Below are positions 29,005-37,350 of a stretch of 64,000 bases of DNA, one piece after another. The translations under genes were made by a program, and so were the position numbers. Numbering within the stretch: the first letter of the stretch is position 1; every line of letters starts with the position of its first letter. The notes beneath the pieces are model-generated. The model ran no database searches and was not told the DNA's origin. It saw only the letters and a program-made list of their open reading frames with translations. Origin of the DNA: an uncultured virus (IMG/VR IMGVR_UViG_3300046507_000662) (taxonomy: Duplodnaviria > Heunggongvirae > Uroviricota > Caudoviricetes); the IMG/VR virus record IMGVR_UViG_3300046507_000662. The stretch is one strand, 5' to 3'.

Positions 29005-29367
29005 GTGCCTGAGCAGCCCTGCCCGTTCTGCGAGATCTCCGCAGGCCGTGCGCCCGCCACGTTCATCCGCGAGTGGGACGACGTCATCGCCATCGTGCCG
29101 CGCGGCCCTGTCGTCCCCGGCCACGTCCTCGTCATCCCGCGGGAGCACGTCACCGACTTCGCCGACGACCCGGTTGTGTCCGCCACCACCACCTACCGGG
29201 CATCCGAACTCGCAGCCGAGACCGATCAGCCCATGAACCTGATCACCTCGCGCGGCCGGGAAGCGACGCAGAGCGTGTTTCACCTTCACGTCCACCTCGT
29301 TCCTCGAGCGGAGAACGACGGCCTGGCCCTGCCTTGGTACAGCGGCCGCAGCAAGAAGGGGGCCTGA
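29005..29367 (+). CDS. HIT-family nucleotide hydrolase
   Basis: CPFC...GHVLVIP...QSVFHLHVHLVPR histidine triad. Confidence 0.9.
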   Translation: MPEQPCPFCEISAGRAPATFIREWDDVIAIVPRGPVVPGHVLVIPREHVTDFADDPVVSATTTYRASELAAETDQPMNLITSRGREATQSVFHLHVHLVPRAENDGLALPWYSGRSKKGA

Positions 29368-29368
29368 C

Positions 29369-30196
29369 GTGCTGCACTCCGTACCCGCCCCGGCCGCAGA
29401 ACAACGACCGAAGCGATCGTTCCCCGAACTCGTGGCGGCGATCTACGAAGACGAGCGCGTGGGTCATGAAGCCCGCGAGCTCCTCCTGGCCGTCGCGTAC
29501 GCGGTGGACCTCGCCAAGCGTGAGCACGGCGTCAGCGCGCTGAAAGTGGCCCGGCGGAAGCTGGGGACGGAGGGCTACCGCAAGGCCCGCTACGACCGGC
29601 TGGTGGCCAACGACGCGCCCCGCTACGAACTCCCCGACCAAGCGCAGGAACGCTGCACTCACGTCACGGTCCCGGCGTGCGAGGCGCCGCGACTGCGCCC
29701 CTATCGGCCACACCCGGCCGTACCGTACGTACCAGACCCTGACGCACCCGTCCCCATCCGTCCGTACACGCTGCCACCAGAACTGGCAGCTCTGAAAGAA
29801 GAGTCGCTGTCGAACTACACGCCCCCCAGGGACTGGCGGACTGAAGACGGCGTATGCGGCGCCGCATCGCATCACCGCGTCCTGGAGAAGGACCCGCGGA
29901 CCGGATGGGTGACTGCGCATTGGTTCTGCAAGCGGCACAAGGACCACGCCGACCGCGTCACCGAGCAGGTCCGGGAGCAGAACGAGCAGGCCCCCGAGCC
30001 GATCCCCAACACCGGCGGTCTGTTGCCGTGCTACTTCAACGCGGACTGGGAGAAGGTGTACCGGCACTACCGGCCCCGCTGGGAGCCCCCGAGCTACGGT
30101 TTGGCAGCTGACGACTGGCCGGCCCTGGACAACGCACAGCCGGTCCGCCGCGGCCGCCTGCGTGCCATCAGCAGCCTCAGCCTGGAGGAAACGTGA
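29369..30196 (+). CDS. Hypothetical protein
   Basis: Operonic; coding-like. Confidence 0.7.
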   Translation: MLHSVPAPAAEQRPKRSFPELVAAIYEDERVGHEARELLLAVAYAVDLAKREHGVSALKVARRKLGTEGYRKARYDRLVANDAPRYELPDQAQERCTHVTVPACEAPRLRPYRPHPAVPYVPDPDAPVPIRPYTLPPELAALKEESLSNYTPPRDWRTEDGVCGAASHHRVLEKDPRTGWVTAHWFCKRHKDHADRVTEQVREQNEQAPEPIPNTGGLLPCYFNADWEKVYRHYRPRWEPPSYGLAADDWPALDNAQPVRRGRLRAISSLSLEET

Positions 30197-30711
30197 CCGC
30201 GCAACAGCCCGCCGATGATGGGCCGGAACCGGACCGGGAGGCGCTCCTGGCCGACCGGCTGTCCCGCGAGTACGACTACCGCGGCATCGCCGAGCTCGAG
30301 CAGGAAGACCCCGAGCGCGCACAAGAGCACCGGGATGCCGCCCAGGCCCTGATGTCGTGGATTGCGGAGTGCCCGCGGGAGGAACGGCGGGCGGCGTTCG
30401 GCCGCGGCTACGACAAGGGACGGGAGCGGCAGAAGGCCCGGACCGCGGCGGACGTGCGGCGCCTCGAGGCCGAGGTGGCCGAGCTGCGGAAGGACCGGGA
30501 CCGGGAAGGCCTCCGCGGCCGCATCCGGGACCTCGAGCACGCCCTGGAGGGCTGGGACCGTTTCATGACCGGGCGGGTGCGAGCGGGCGCTGCGCCGGAC
30601 TGGCAAGCGCAGGCCGCCGAATACCTCGCCAGGCTCACCGAGGTTCAGCGGGAGCTGGCCGTGCTGAAGGGCGTGCAGCCGTCCAACGCGACCAGGAAAC
30701 GGCCGTCCTGA
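30193..30711 (+). CDS. Coiled-coil hypothetical protein
   Basis: GTGA coupling. Confidence 0.65.
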   Translation: MTAQQPADDGPEPDREALLADRLSREYDYRGIAELEQEDPERAQEHRDAAQALMSWIAECPREERRAAFGRGYDKGRERQKARTAADVRRLEAEVAELRKDRDREGLRGRIRDLEHALEGWDRFMTGRVRAGAAPDWQAQAAEYLARLTEVQRELAVLKGVQPSNATRKRPS

Positions 30712-30715
30712 CCGT

Positions 30716-31831
30716 TCAGGCCGTCGGCTGGCCGGTCTTGGGTACGTCGGCCAATGGGGCGCTGTCATCGAAGTGGTAGTCGGGCGCCAAGGCGAACTTG
30801 CAGCCCAGCTGCGCCGGCGACACCGCACCGAACTTTGTCTTCAACACCGACACGTGATCCGTCAGGGTTCGAAGGCTGATGCCCAGCCGGGCCGCCGTCC
30901 TGCTCTGCTGGATTCCGTCGACCATGTCCCGCAGGATCACCCGCTCCAACGGTGTCGTCCGCAAGCCGGCACTCGGGCCTGACACGGTGTCGACGTCCGG
31001 GTGCCCGCCGCGCGTATCACCGTCCCACTCGACCGCGACTTCCGTCCTGGGTTCTCCCCGCCACAGCTGGGCGAGCTGCCAGGCGTTCATGAACGCGCCC
31101 ACGATGAAGCCGATCGCCGCAGGGTCTGTCACATGCCAGGCCGCGTGCGCGGGTGAGCCCTCCACCACGTAGTCCGACACGAACGCGTGCCGGCGGTCGA
31201 TGACGATGGCCCGCTCGTACGGGGCGACCAGCGTGCGGTACTCGGCCCCGTGACCGGTCATCATCCCGATATGGGAGGCCATGGCGGAGGACTGACGGAC
31301 GCTGTCCCGGTACAGGGTGCACAGGGACACCCCCCGGTTGAGGGCGGCCCGGTCGCGGTCCACTGACCGTTCCAGCTGTTCCTTGGTTCGGGGTCCGCCG
31401 GGCTGGGCGGCGAGGATTTCCGTGCGGGCGGAGTTGAGCAGGTCATCGAGTCGGGTGTTCACTACTGCGGCGTCGTCGATGTACTCGCTGCCGCCGCCGG
31501 CCAGGGAGCGGCCGCGGTCGAACTCCTTGGTCAGCTGTTCCGACATCAGGTGCAAGGTGCGCATTTTGGCGACCCGTTCGGCGGCCTCGGTGAGCAATGC
31601 CTCGAGGGTGCGCTGCTTTATGTCCTCGGGATTCAGGGCGACTGGTCTGTCCCCACCCCCGGAATCGATCTTCACAAACCCCAGGTCGGCCAACCGGGCA
31701 ACGGAATCCGCACACCCCTCCGGCACCCCTCCACCGTCCGCGATCAGGCCAAACACCTGAACATCATCAGCAGACAGGAATCCCTGATCACTCGATCCGA
31801 AATGCATGGCCAAAGCTTGATCCCCCGTCAA
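30716..31831 (-). CDS. TrmB/PLD-like sensor domain plus LuxR-type HTH transcriptional regulator
   Basis: N-terminal wHTH-like LADLGFV; central ARTEILAAQPGG...GVSLCTLY...AIVIDRRHAFV; C-terminal TAARLGISLRTLTDHVSVLKTKFG...QLG; start may be 31807. Confidence 0.8.
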   Translation of the reverse strand: MTGDQALAMHFGSSDQGFLSADDVQVFGLIADGGGVPEGCADSVARLADLGFVKIDSGGGDRPVALNPEDIKQRTLEALLTEAAERVAKMRTLHLMSEQLTKEFDRGRSLAGGGSEYIDDAAVVNTRLDDLLNSARTEILAAQPGGPRTKEQLERSVDRDRAALNRGVSLCTLYRDSVRQSSAMASHIGMMTGHGAEYRTLVAPYERAIVIDRRHAFVSDYVVEGSPAHAAWHVTDPAAIGFIVGAFMNAWQLAQLWRGEPRTEVAVEWDGDTRGGHPDVDTVSGPSAGLRTTPLERVILRDMVDGIQQSRTAARLGISLRTLTDHVSVLKTKFGAVSPAQLGCKFALAPDYHFDDSAPLADVPKTGQPTA

Positions 31832-32088
31832 AAATACGGCCCTGCACTGCGCTTACACGCAATGCGTAGATACGCAGCACACAAAGGTTGAGGATGAAAA
31901 GACTCTACGGCAGTTTAGTTGCGGGGCGTCCCCCGGCGCTCGTACTCCACGTCCTCCCCACGCACCACACGCGCCTACTGCCAGAAAGCGCGCCACACGC
32001 AACGGGATTCGCAGCGGACATGGAGCACGAGGAAACCGGGACGGCGCCCCGTTATCGTTCCCCGGACAACCCAAGAAGGGACCCGCCC

Positions 32089-32313
32089 GTGAGCAAGCGC
32101 ATCCGCTGCATCGTCGCCGGCCTCACCCTCGCCACCGCCGCAGCGACCGGCGCCGTCATCACCCACACCGTCGCCGCCCCCCGCATAGACACCACCTGGG
32201 GCGCCTCCGACACCGCGGACGACACCACGTGGGGCAGCGAGCCTGTCGACCTTCCCGTCACCCTTCCCGTCGACCTGCCGACCATCACGCCCCTCGACAC
32301 CACCTGGGGATAG
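32089..32313 (+). CDS. Secreted precursor peptide with three DTTWG repeats
   Basis: RBS AGAAGGGA, GTG; basic N-terminus plus hydrophobic signal; DTTWG x3, the last at the C-terminus. Confidence 0.8.
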   Translation: MSKRIRCIVAGLTLATAAATGAVITHTVAAPRIDTTWGASDTADDTTWGSEPVDLPVTLPVDLPTITPLDTTWG

Positions 32314-32506
32314 AGGCACGCGGATCCCTGCCTGAACCGGCCCGTCCGCCTGACGTGGCGTGGGAGACTCGCCGTGGCGCTGGTGCCGTGTACGTCCCCC
32401 GTGGCGGCACCAGCCGACACCTCCCGGCCGCAATCCGCATTGCCGCCCGGGGAACCCTGTGGCCCGCGTCTCTGGGGAGACCGGGCCACAGGCATGTCCG
32501 AGGGCG

Positions 32507-32529
32507 TTGTCAGTGCCGCATGCCATAGT
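32507..32529 (+). promoter_or_regulatory. RecA-NDp/PafBC-like promoter
   Basis: TTGTCAGTG-N8-CATAGT. Confidence 0.6.
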
Positions 32530-32557
32530 GGGCGGTCTGGTGCGCGACACACCGGCC

Positions 32558-32629
32558 TTGCTCCCCGCTGCTGCGGGGGTGTTCCAGTTCAGTACTTCGA
32601 GTTGTCCCCGCCGATGCGGGGTTAGCCCC
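32558..32629 (+). CRISPR. Degenerate type I-E-like mini-array (2 repeats, 14-nt spacer), no cas genes in window
   Basis: TTGCTCCCCGCTGCTGCGGGGGTGTTCCA and GTTGTCCCCGCCGATGCGGGGTTAGCCCC; both 29 nt with CCCCGC-N4-GCGGGG stem and 8-nt 3' tail. Confidence 0.6.
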
Positions 32630-32657
32630 GGCCCTTCTGGGTCGGGGCTCTTTGTTT
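32624..32657 (+). terminator. Intrinsic terminator
   Basis: AGCCCCGGCCC-TTCT-GGGTCGGGGCT followed by CTTTGTTT. Confidence 0.75.
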
Positions 32658-32666
32658 CCCCTCAAA

Positions 32667-32716
32667 ACGGTTGACGCATGCGTTAACCGTCTGTCATAGT
32701 TAACGCATGCGGAAAC
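32667..32716 (+). promoter_or_regulatory. Strong promoter with two palindromic operators
   Basis: TTGACG...CATAGT; ACGGTTGACGCATGCGTTAACCGT and GTTAACGCATGCGGAAAC. Confidence 0.7.
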
Positions 32717-32741
32717 ATCCGCTTGCAGGGAGGGGAACCTG

Positions 32742-33590
32742 ATGAACACCACCGCCGCAGCCACCCAGGCCAACGTCACCGTCGCCACCATCCGCACCTG
32801 GTGCCGCGTCGGAGCCGTCGCCGCCGTCAAGCAGGCCGGCCGCTGGATCATCGACATCGCCTCCCTCGCCGCCCGCATTGCCATCGGCCAGAGGAAGGCC
32901 CGCATGACCGACGAGCCGAAGTACCGCGTCGAAGAAGGAAGCACCATCCAGTACGGCAAAGCCCGCACCACGTACTCCATCGTCCGCACCGACGGAACCC
33001 CTGCCGGATACGGTCCCGGCAAGGACCTGCGCATCCACGGCGAGCCCTTCTTCACCGAGGACCTCGCCAAGTTCTACGCCAAGTTCTACGAGAACACCCC
33101 CGACGGCTTCCGCATCGAAAAGGCCCTGCCCCGCGCCGGCCGCATAGACCGCACCACCTACTGGGTCGTCACCGGATCCACCAAAGGCGACCCGAGCGAC
33201 CTGCGGATGCGGATCGAAGCCGACTGGACCGCCGAAGGCAAGAACACCCCCGCCGGCACCACCGTCGTGGACATCCTCATCCAGTGGGCGAATCAGCATG
33301 CCGCGGGCGCCGAACAGCGCATCGCGGAGAAGGCGGAGAAGGACGCCATCGCCGCCGCCGAAGCGACCGTCCGCGAGGCCCGCGAAGAGCAGCTCGCCGA
33401 GGCCCGCCGCACCAAGGGCGAGCTGGCCACCGCCCGACAGGTCGACTACATCCTCCAGCTCCTGACCGTGCGGGCCCGCACCGGCGAGGGCGGCGGATTC
33501 TTCCAGGGCCCCACCGACCGCGCTGGAATCGAAGAACTGTCCAAGGCCGAGGCTTCCACCTACATCACCTCACTGAAGGGCGACTACTGA
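32742..33590 (+). CDS. Protein with N-terminal MerR/HTH_17-like domain and unknown C-terminal domains
   Basis: AAATQANVTVATIRTWCRVGAVAAVKQAGRWII; RBS GGAGG. Confidence 0.8.
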   Translation: MNTTAAATQANVTVATIRTWCRVGAVAAVKQAGRWIIDIASLAARIAIGQRKARMTDEPKYRVEEGSTIQYGKARTTYSIVRTDGTPAGYGPGKDLRIHGEPFFTEDLAKFYAKFYENTPDGFRIEKALPRAGRIDRTTYWVVTGSTKGDPSDLRMRIEADWTAEGKNTPAGTTVVDILIQWANQHAAGAEQRIAEKAEKDAIAAAEATVREAREEQLAEARRTKGELATARQVDYILQLLTVRARTGEGGGFFQGPTDRAGIEELSKAEASTYITSLKGDY

Positions 33591-34069
33591 TGAACCGCAT
33601 CACCATCCACGACGCCGACGGCATCCGACTGGGCTACTTCGATCTGGACGCCGCCACCCACATCCTGGAAGAGGACAGCTACTGGGACGGCAGCAACCAC
33701 CGCGGCAAGGTGTCCGGCCTCCAGACCACCCGCTCCGACCTGTACCGCACCAAGGGCGGACGCTGGGTTGAACACTGTGACGCCAGGCGCGAGTTCAACG
33801 GGCCCGACCGCTGGAGTTTCCTCACCGACGACGAGGCCCGCGACTGGGTCATCAAGAGCGGAGGCGACGAAGCGGAGTCCGTGCTGGCCGAGCACTTCCC
33901 TGACGCCCCCGACGAATCCGGTCCGAGCCTTGGAGGCAGGCCCACGGTGGGGCCCAAGGTTGAGACCCGCCTTGACCCCGACGACATCAAGAAGGTCGAC
34001 GACCGCGCCGCGCAGGAAGGGGTCAGCCGCGCAGAGATGCTCCGCCGCCTGATCGTCGCCGGCCTCTGA
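33590..34069 (+). CDS. Protein with C-terminal ribbon-helix-helix (CopG-like) domain
   Basis: GRPTVGPKVETRL...DDRAAQEGVSRAEMLRRLI; TGATG coupling. Confidence 0.8.
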   Translation: MNRITIHDADGIRLGYFDLDAATHILEEDSYWDGSNHRGKVSGLQTTRSDLYRTKGGRWVEHCDARREFNGPDRWSFLTDDEARDWVIKSGGDEAESVLAEHFPDAPDESGPSLGGRPTVGPKVETRLDPDDIKKVDDRAAQEGVSRAEMLRRLIVAGL

Positions 34070-34147
34070 ACGCACGAAACGGTCCGCAGTTCCAAGAGAT
34101 GCGGACCACAGCCTCTCATCCGTCGATGGATGAGAGGCTGTGGCACG

Positions 34148-34489
34148 TCATCCCTCGAGGTAGCCGAGCTCCGAGTCCGGACGGCAATGCGAACACGCGG
34201 GCACACCCTCCACCAGGGCTCGCAACGCCGCTTCCCGCCTCACGCCTTTCGAGCGCTTCCCCGTCATGTGGCAGCCGCCCACGTGCACGTACACGGGCGG
34301 CGTGTCCCGGCTCAGCGCCTGCTCGATCAGCCAGTCCGGTGTCGGCGGCCGCGCCTCCGCACCGCGCTGCCGCTCCTGCTCCCGGCGCTGCAGGTCCGCC
34401 TTCTTCTCCCGCACCCGCGCGAGAGTGAGCGCCAGGTACGTCTCGATCGCTTCGAGTCGCGGCAGGTCAGGCGGCAGATCATCGTGCAT
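34148..34489 (-). CDS. DUF6233-like protein
   Basis: VHVGGC...ALRAL...ACSHCRPDSELG. Confidence 0.75.
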   Translation of the reverse strand: MHDDLPPDLPRLEAIETYLALTLARVREKKADLQRREQERQRGAEARPPTPDWLIEQALSRDTPPVYVHVGGCHMTGKRSKGVRREAALRALVEGVPACSHCRPDSELGYLEG

Positions 34490-34497
34490 GTGTTCGA
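34482..34497. promoter_or_regulatory. LexA (SOS) box over a probable leaderless start
   Basis: Minus strand TCGAAC-ACAT-GCACGA, overlapping the end of a TACACT -10. Confidence 0.6.
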
Positions 34498-34506
34498 GTG
34501 TAGGCA

Positions 34507-34550
34507 CAAAAAAAGACGGCCCGCCGCTCCGGAGAACGACGGGCCGCCTT
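34507..34550 (-). terminator. Intrinsic terminator of leftward operon
   Basis: GC hairpin followed by a T7 run on the minus strand. Confidence 0.65.
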
Positions 34551-34592
34551 CGTATGGGCGCCCCCCAATGTGGTGCACCAGCACCGTACGCC

Positions 34593-35243
34593 TCATTCCC
34601 TGTACGGGTGAAGTACCGCGTCCACCCTCGCGGCCACCGCGGCCGCACGCCGAGGATCCCGGGCCTTCGGAGCGGCCGCCAGCGTCGGGACCAGCCAGTC
34701 CGGGCCAAGCACGTACACCGGGTCCGTCATCCCGGGCATCCGGACGTCCAGGTGCCCGCCGGCCACCGGGGAGCCGTGCACCACCAGTAGTGGAAGCACC
34801 TTCACCCCCGGCAGGCCGAGCGCCCGGGATATCCGCTCCGCGTATCCGGCGACCTTCTCCACCTGGCCGTGCCGGTCCTCGTCTCCGCAGTACACCCGGC
34901 CGCGGACCAGCCTGGTGGGCCAGTTCCGGCGCCATGCCTTCGTGTCCAGCACCACCACTGCCGTCCCGCACGGGGAGACGAGGACCGTGTCCACGTTCCA
35001 CCGGGCCCCGGCTAATCGGAGGTCGTGCCGGATCGTCCAGCCCGCCTGTACGAGGGGTGCGAGGAGGGCTTCGGTGGCGGCCTCGCCCTGGGCTCCGTGC
35101 GCCCACAGGGCCGCCTTGGCGTCCGCGCGGGCCGCGGCCGGGTTCAGGCCCGCCCACGCGGTGACACGCCGCCACACGCCCCGCCGGGCATGCTCACGGA
35201 TCGCCTTAGCCTTCGCGGCCGCCGAGTTCTGCGGGGCGCTCAC
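34593..35243 (-). CDS. NERD-domain nuclease-like protein
   Basis: GAQGE...HDL...NVDTVLVSP...LDTKAW; contains a TTA codon. Confidence 0.8.
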   Translation of the reverse strand: MSAPQNSAAAKAKAIREHARRGVWRRVTAWAGLNPAAARADAKAALWAHGAQGEAATEALLAPLVQAGWTIRHDLRLAGARWNVDTVLVSPCGTAVVVLDTKAWRRNWPTRLVRGRVYCGDEDRHGQVEKVAGYAERISRALGLPGVKVLPLLVVHGSPVAGGHLDVRMPGMTDPVYVLGPDWLVPTLAAAPKARDPRRAAAVAARVDAVLHPYRE

Positions 35244-36049
35244 CGGTCGCCCTCCAGCCTCTTCAGGAACGCTTCCCGCGCCGCAGAGCCCTCGAAGCAG
35301 TGGATGGCCCACGCCAGGGAGGTCCGGATGCCCGCAGCGATGCCTCCCTGCGCGACCCGGCCCTCCTCCGCGCCCGGCTTCGGGGGCTGCGCAGCGCAGG
35401 CGGTCATCTTGCGCAGATCGGCCTCGAGTTGGCCCTTCAGCCGTACATACTCGGCCGGAACAGCCCCGCGGACGGTTCCTGGCGGGCCGGGGTCCGCCGC
35501 CTTCGCCCGGTCCATGGCCTCGAGCAGCCGGTCCGCGTAGCCGACAGACACACCATGCGGGGAGCAGAAGTCCCGCATCTCCCCCGCGAACTTGCGGGCC
35601 GCCGCCACCTCCGCCTTCAGGCGGTCGATCTCCGTATAGAGAAGGTCGATGGTCGGACGGGCCAGATCCGCGATTTTCTCATCGGTGGTCAGTCGGAGAC
35701 GCTCCCTGAGTTTCCTCGTCTCCTCTTGGGACTCCTCAAGGCGCTGCCGCAGGACGTCCGCGTCGTCTTCCTCCGGCCGATAGCCAGGCGCCAGCATCCG
35801 CTCATACTTCGGCTGCCACTCCAGACACCGCGGGCATGTCACCTCCGTGCCCTCCGGCAGGGCCCCCTGGCGCATCGACTCCCCACACAGGCCGGGACCG
35901 GTGGCCCACTCGTCGAACATCGGCAGCCACGAGTAAACGGCCAGGTGCACACCATCCGGATCGTCAGAGATGATCGTGGCCGCCACCGGACGGAGGTAGC
36001 GGCGCGCCTTGTCCAGCTCGGTCGCTTCGGTCGCTGGTTGGTCGGTCAT
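35240..36049 (-). CDS. Hypothetical protein
   Basis: Coupled operon. Confidence 0.7.
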   Translation of the reverse strand: MTDQPATEATELDKARRYLRPVAATIISDDPDGVHLAVYSWLPMFDEWATGPGLCGESMRQGALPEGTEVTCPRCLEWQPKYERMLAPGYRPEEDDADVLRQRLEESQEETRKLRERLRLTTDEKIADLARPTIDLLYTEIDRLKAEVAAARKFAGEMRDFCSPHGVSVGYADRLLEAMDRAKAADPGPPGTVRGAVPAEYVRLKGQLEADLRKMTACAAQPPKPGAEEGRVAQGGIAAGIRTSLAWAIHCFEGSAAREAFLKRLEGDR

Positions 36050-36565
36050 GCTGCTCCTTCAAGGGATGAGGGGTTCCAGGTGTCCGGGCCGGGGATCGTG
36101 CGGACACGACGCCCGTGGTGCCGGGTGGGCCAGATACGGCCGATCGGCCTCCCGGACTTCGGGCAGTCGCCGTGCCGGTAAAGCAGGCCGCGGGCGGACA
36201 GGCCGACCTCGCGGTGGCAGACCGGGCACGGGATACGAATCATCGGACGGTCCTCCGATGCCGGGCCGGGACAACCCGGGGACGGCGGGAGCGGGCTATG
36301 GCCTCCAGCACGGTGGCCAGGCCCATCACCCCGGCCGCGGCGACCGGGTTCACCCACATCGGCGGCCGGTACGTACCGGTGACGGCTATCCACACGCCGG
36401 CGAACGCCCCGGCGAGGGCGACGATGAGACCGATCTGATCGAACAGGATGCGAAGGCATGGAGGCATCAGCCCTCCCAGGGTTGGTGTGACGGTGGGTAG
36501 TTGCCCGCCTGGGGGCGGAGGAGACTTTCAACGGAATTTCGTCACGCTGCGTTGACTGAGTCGGG

Positions 36566-37012
36566 CTACGGCTGCCGTTCCGACAGAGCGGCCAGCACGG
36601 AAAGGCCTGCCTGGCGCTTCGCCGGAATGTGCATCCACCGTGTGGCCAGCTCTGTCACCCGACGCACGGAGTCCTCGGCGCGAACGTCAACCGGCTGGGC
36701 ATGCTGAAGGTCGGCCGGCCCGACAGGCCCCACACCTTGCGTGGTAGCCCGCCGCTTCCACTTCCACGCCCGCTGGCGCGCGTTCAAGTACTTCCTGCGC
36801 AGCTCCGCCTCGTCCGTCTCATCCGACCGACTCTCGGCGAACTGCAGGATGCCGTCACGCAGCCGGCGTCCCTCGATGTAGTCCAGACCGCCCTTGCGTT
36901 CAGCACGAGCAACCAGGATGAGGAGCTGCTCGAGGGTCGGCAGGTTCTTCTGCTTGGACGGGACGGGCCCGCCACCCTGAGGCGACGGGCCCACCTGCAC
37001 CGGGGCGGTCAT
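36566..37012 (-). CDS. Hypothetical protein
   Basis: Coupled operon. Confidence 0.6.
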   Translation of the reverse strand: MTAPVQVGPSPQGGGPVPSKQKNLPTLEQLLILVARAERKGGLDYIEGRRLRDGILQFAESRSDETDEAELRRKYLNARQRAWKWKRRATTQGVGPVGPADLQHAQPVDVRAEDSVRRVTELATRWMHIPAKRQAGLSVLAALSERQP

Positions 37013-37350
37013 CGAACCGGCTCCAAGGCCAGGGCGGCGAGTTCGGCAGCAGCGTCCTCGTCACCAGCAACGGCCCGCACATCCAGTGGCAGCGTCGACC
37101 ACACGTCACCGAGCCACTCCATCGCCCACTCGTCAGGCCGGGAAGCCTCCATGGAGCTGTACACGGTGCGCAGAGCGTCGATGAGCGGCAGGGTCTGCGC
37201 ACCGGCGTAGGCGGCCACGTTGACCGTCAGCTGGGCTACCAGGTCGGCCGCCCCGTCAGGACTGCCGAGCCGGATCGGGGTGTCGCGGACGATGTCGGCG
37301 ATCGTGCGGGCGAGCGGTGCGAGGGGCTTCAACTTGGGTGTTGTGGTCAC
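37009..37350 (-). CDS. Hypothetical protein
   Basis: GTGA coupling. Confidence 0.6.
   Translation of the reverse strand: MTTTPKLKPLAPLARTIADIVRDTPIRLGSPDGAADLVAQLTVNVAAYAGAQTLPLIDALRTVYSSMEASRPDEWAMEWLGDVWSTLPLDVRAVAGDEDAAAELAALALEPVR

Larger units (their letters stand above)
32535..32657 (+). ncRNA. Candidate crRNA-mimic small RNA
   Basis: No credible ORF; bounded by a promoter and an intrinsic terminator; contains two CRISPR-like repeats. Confidence 0.55.

Noticed and set aside
32089..32313. DTTWG precursor as a RiPP biosynthetic cluster
   Set aside because: No modifying enzyme, protease or transporter is adjacent; a Sec-type signal and a neighbouring regulator fit signalling better.
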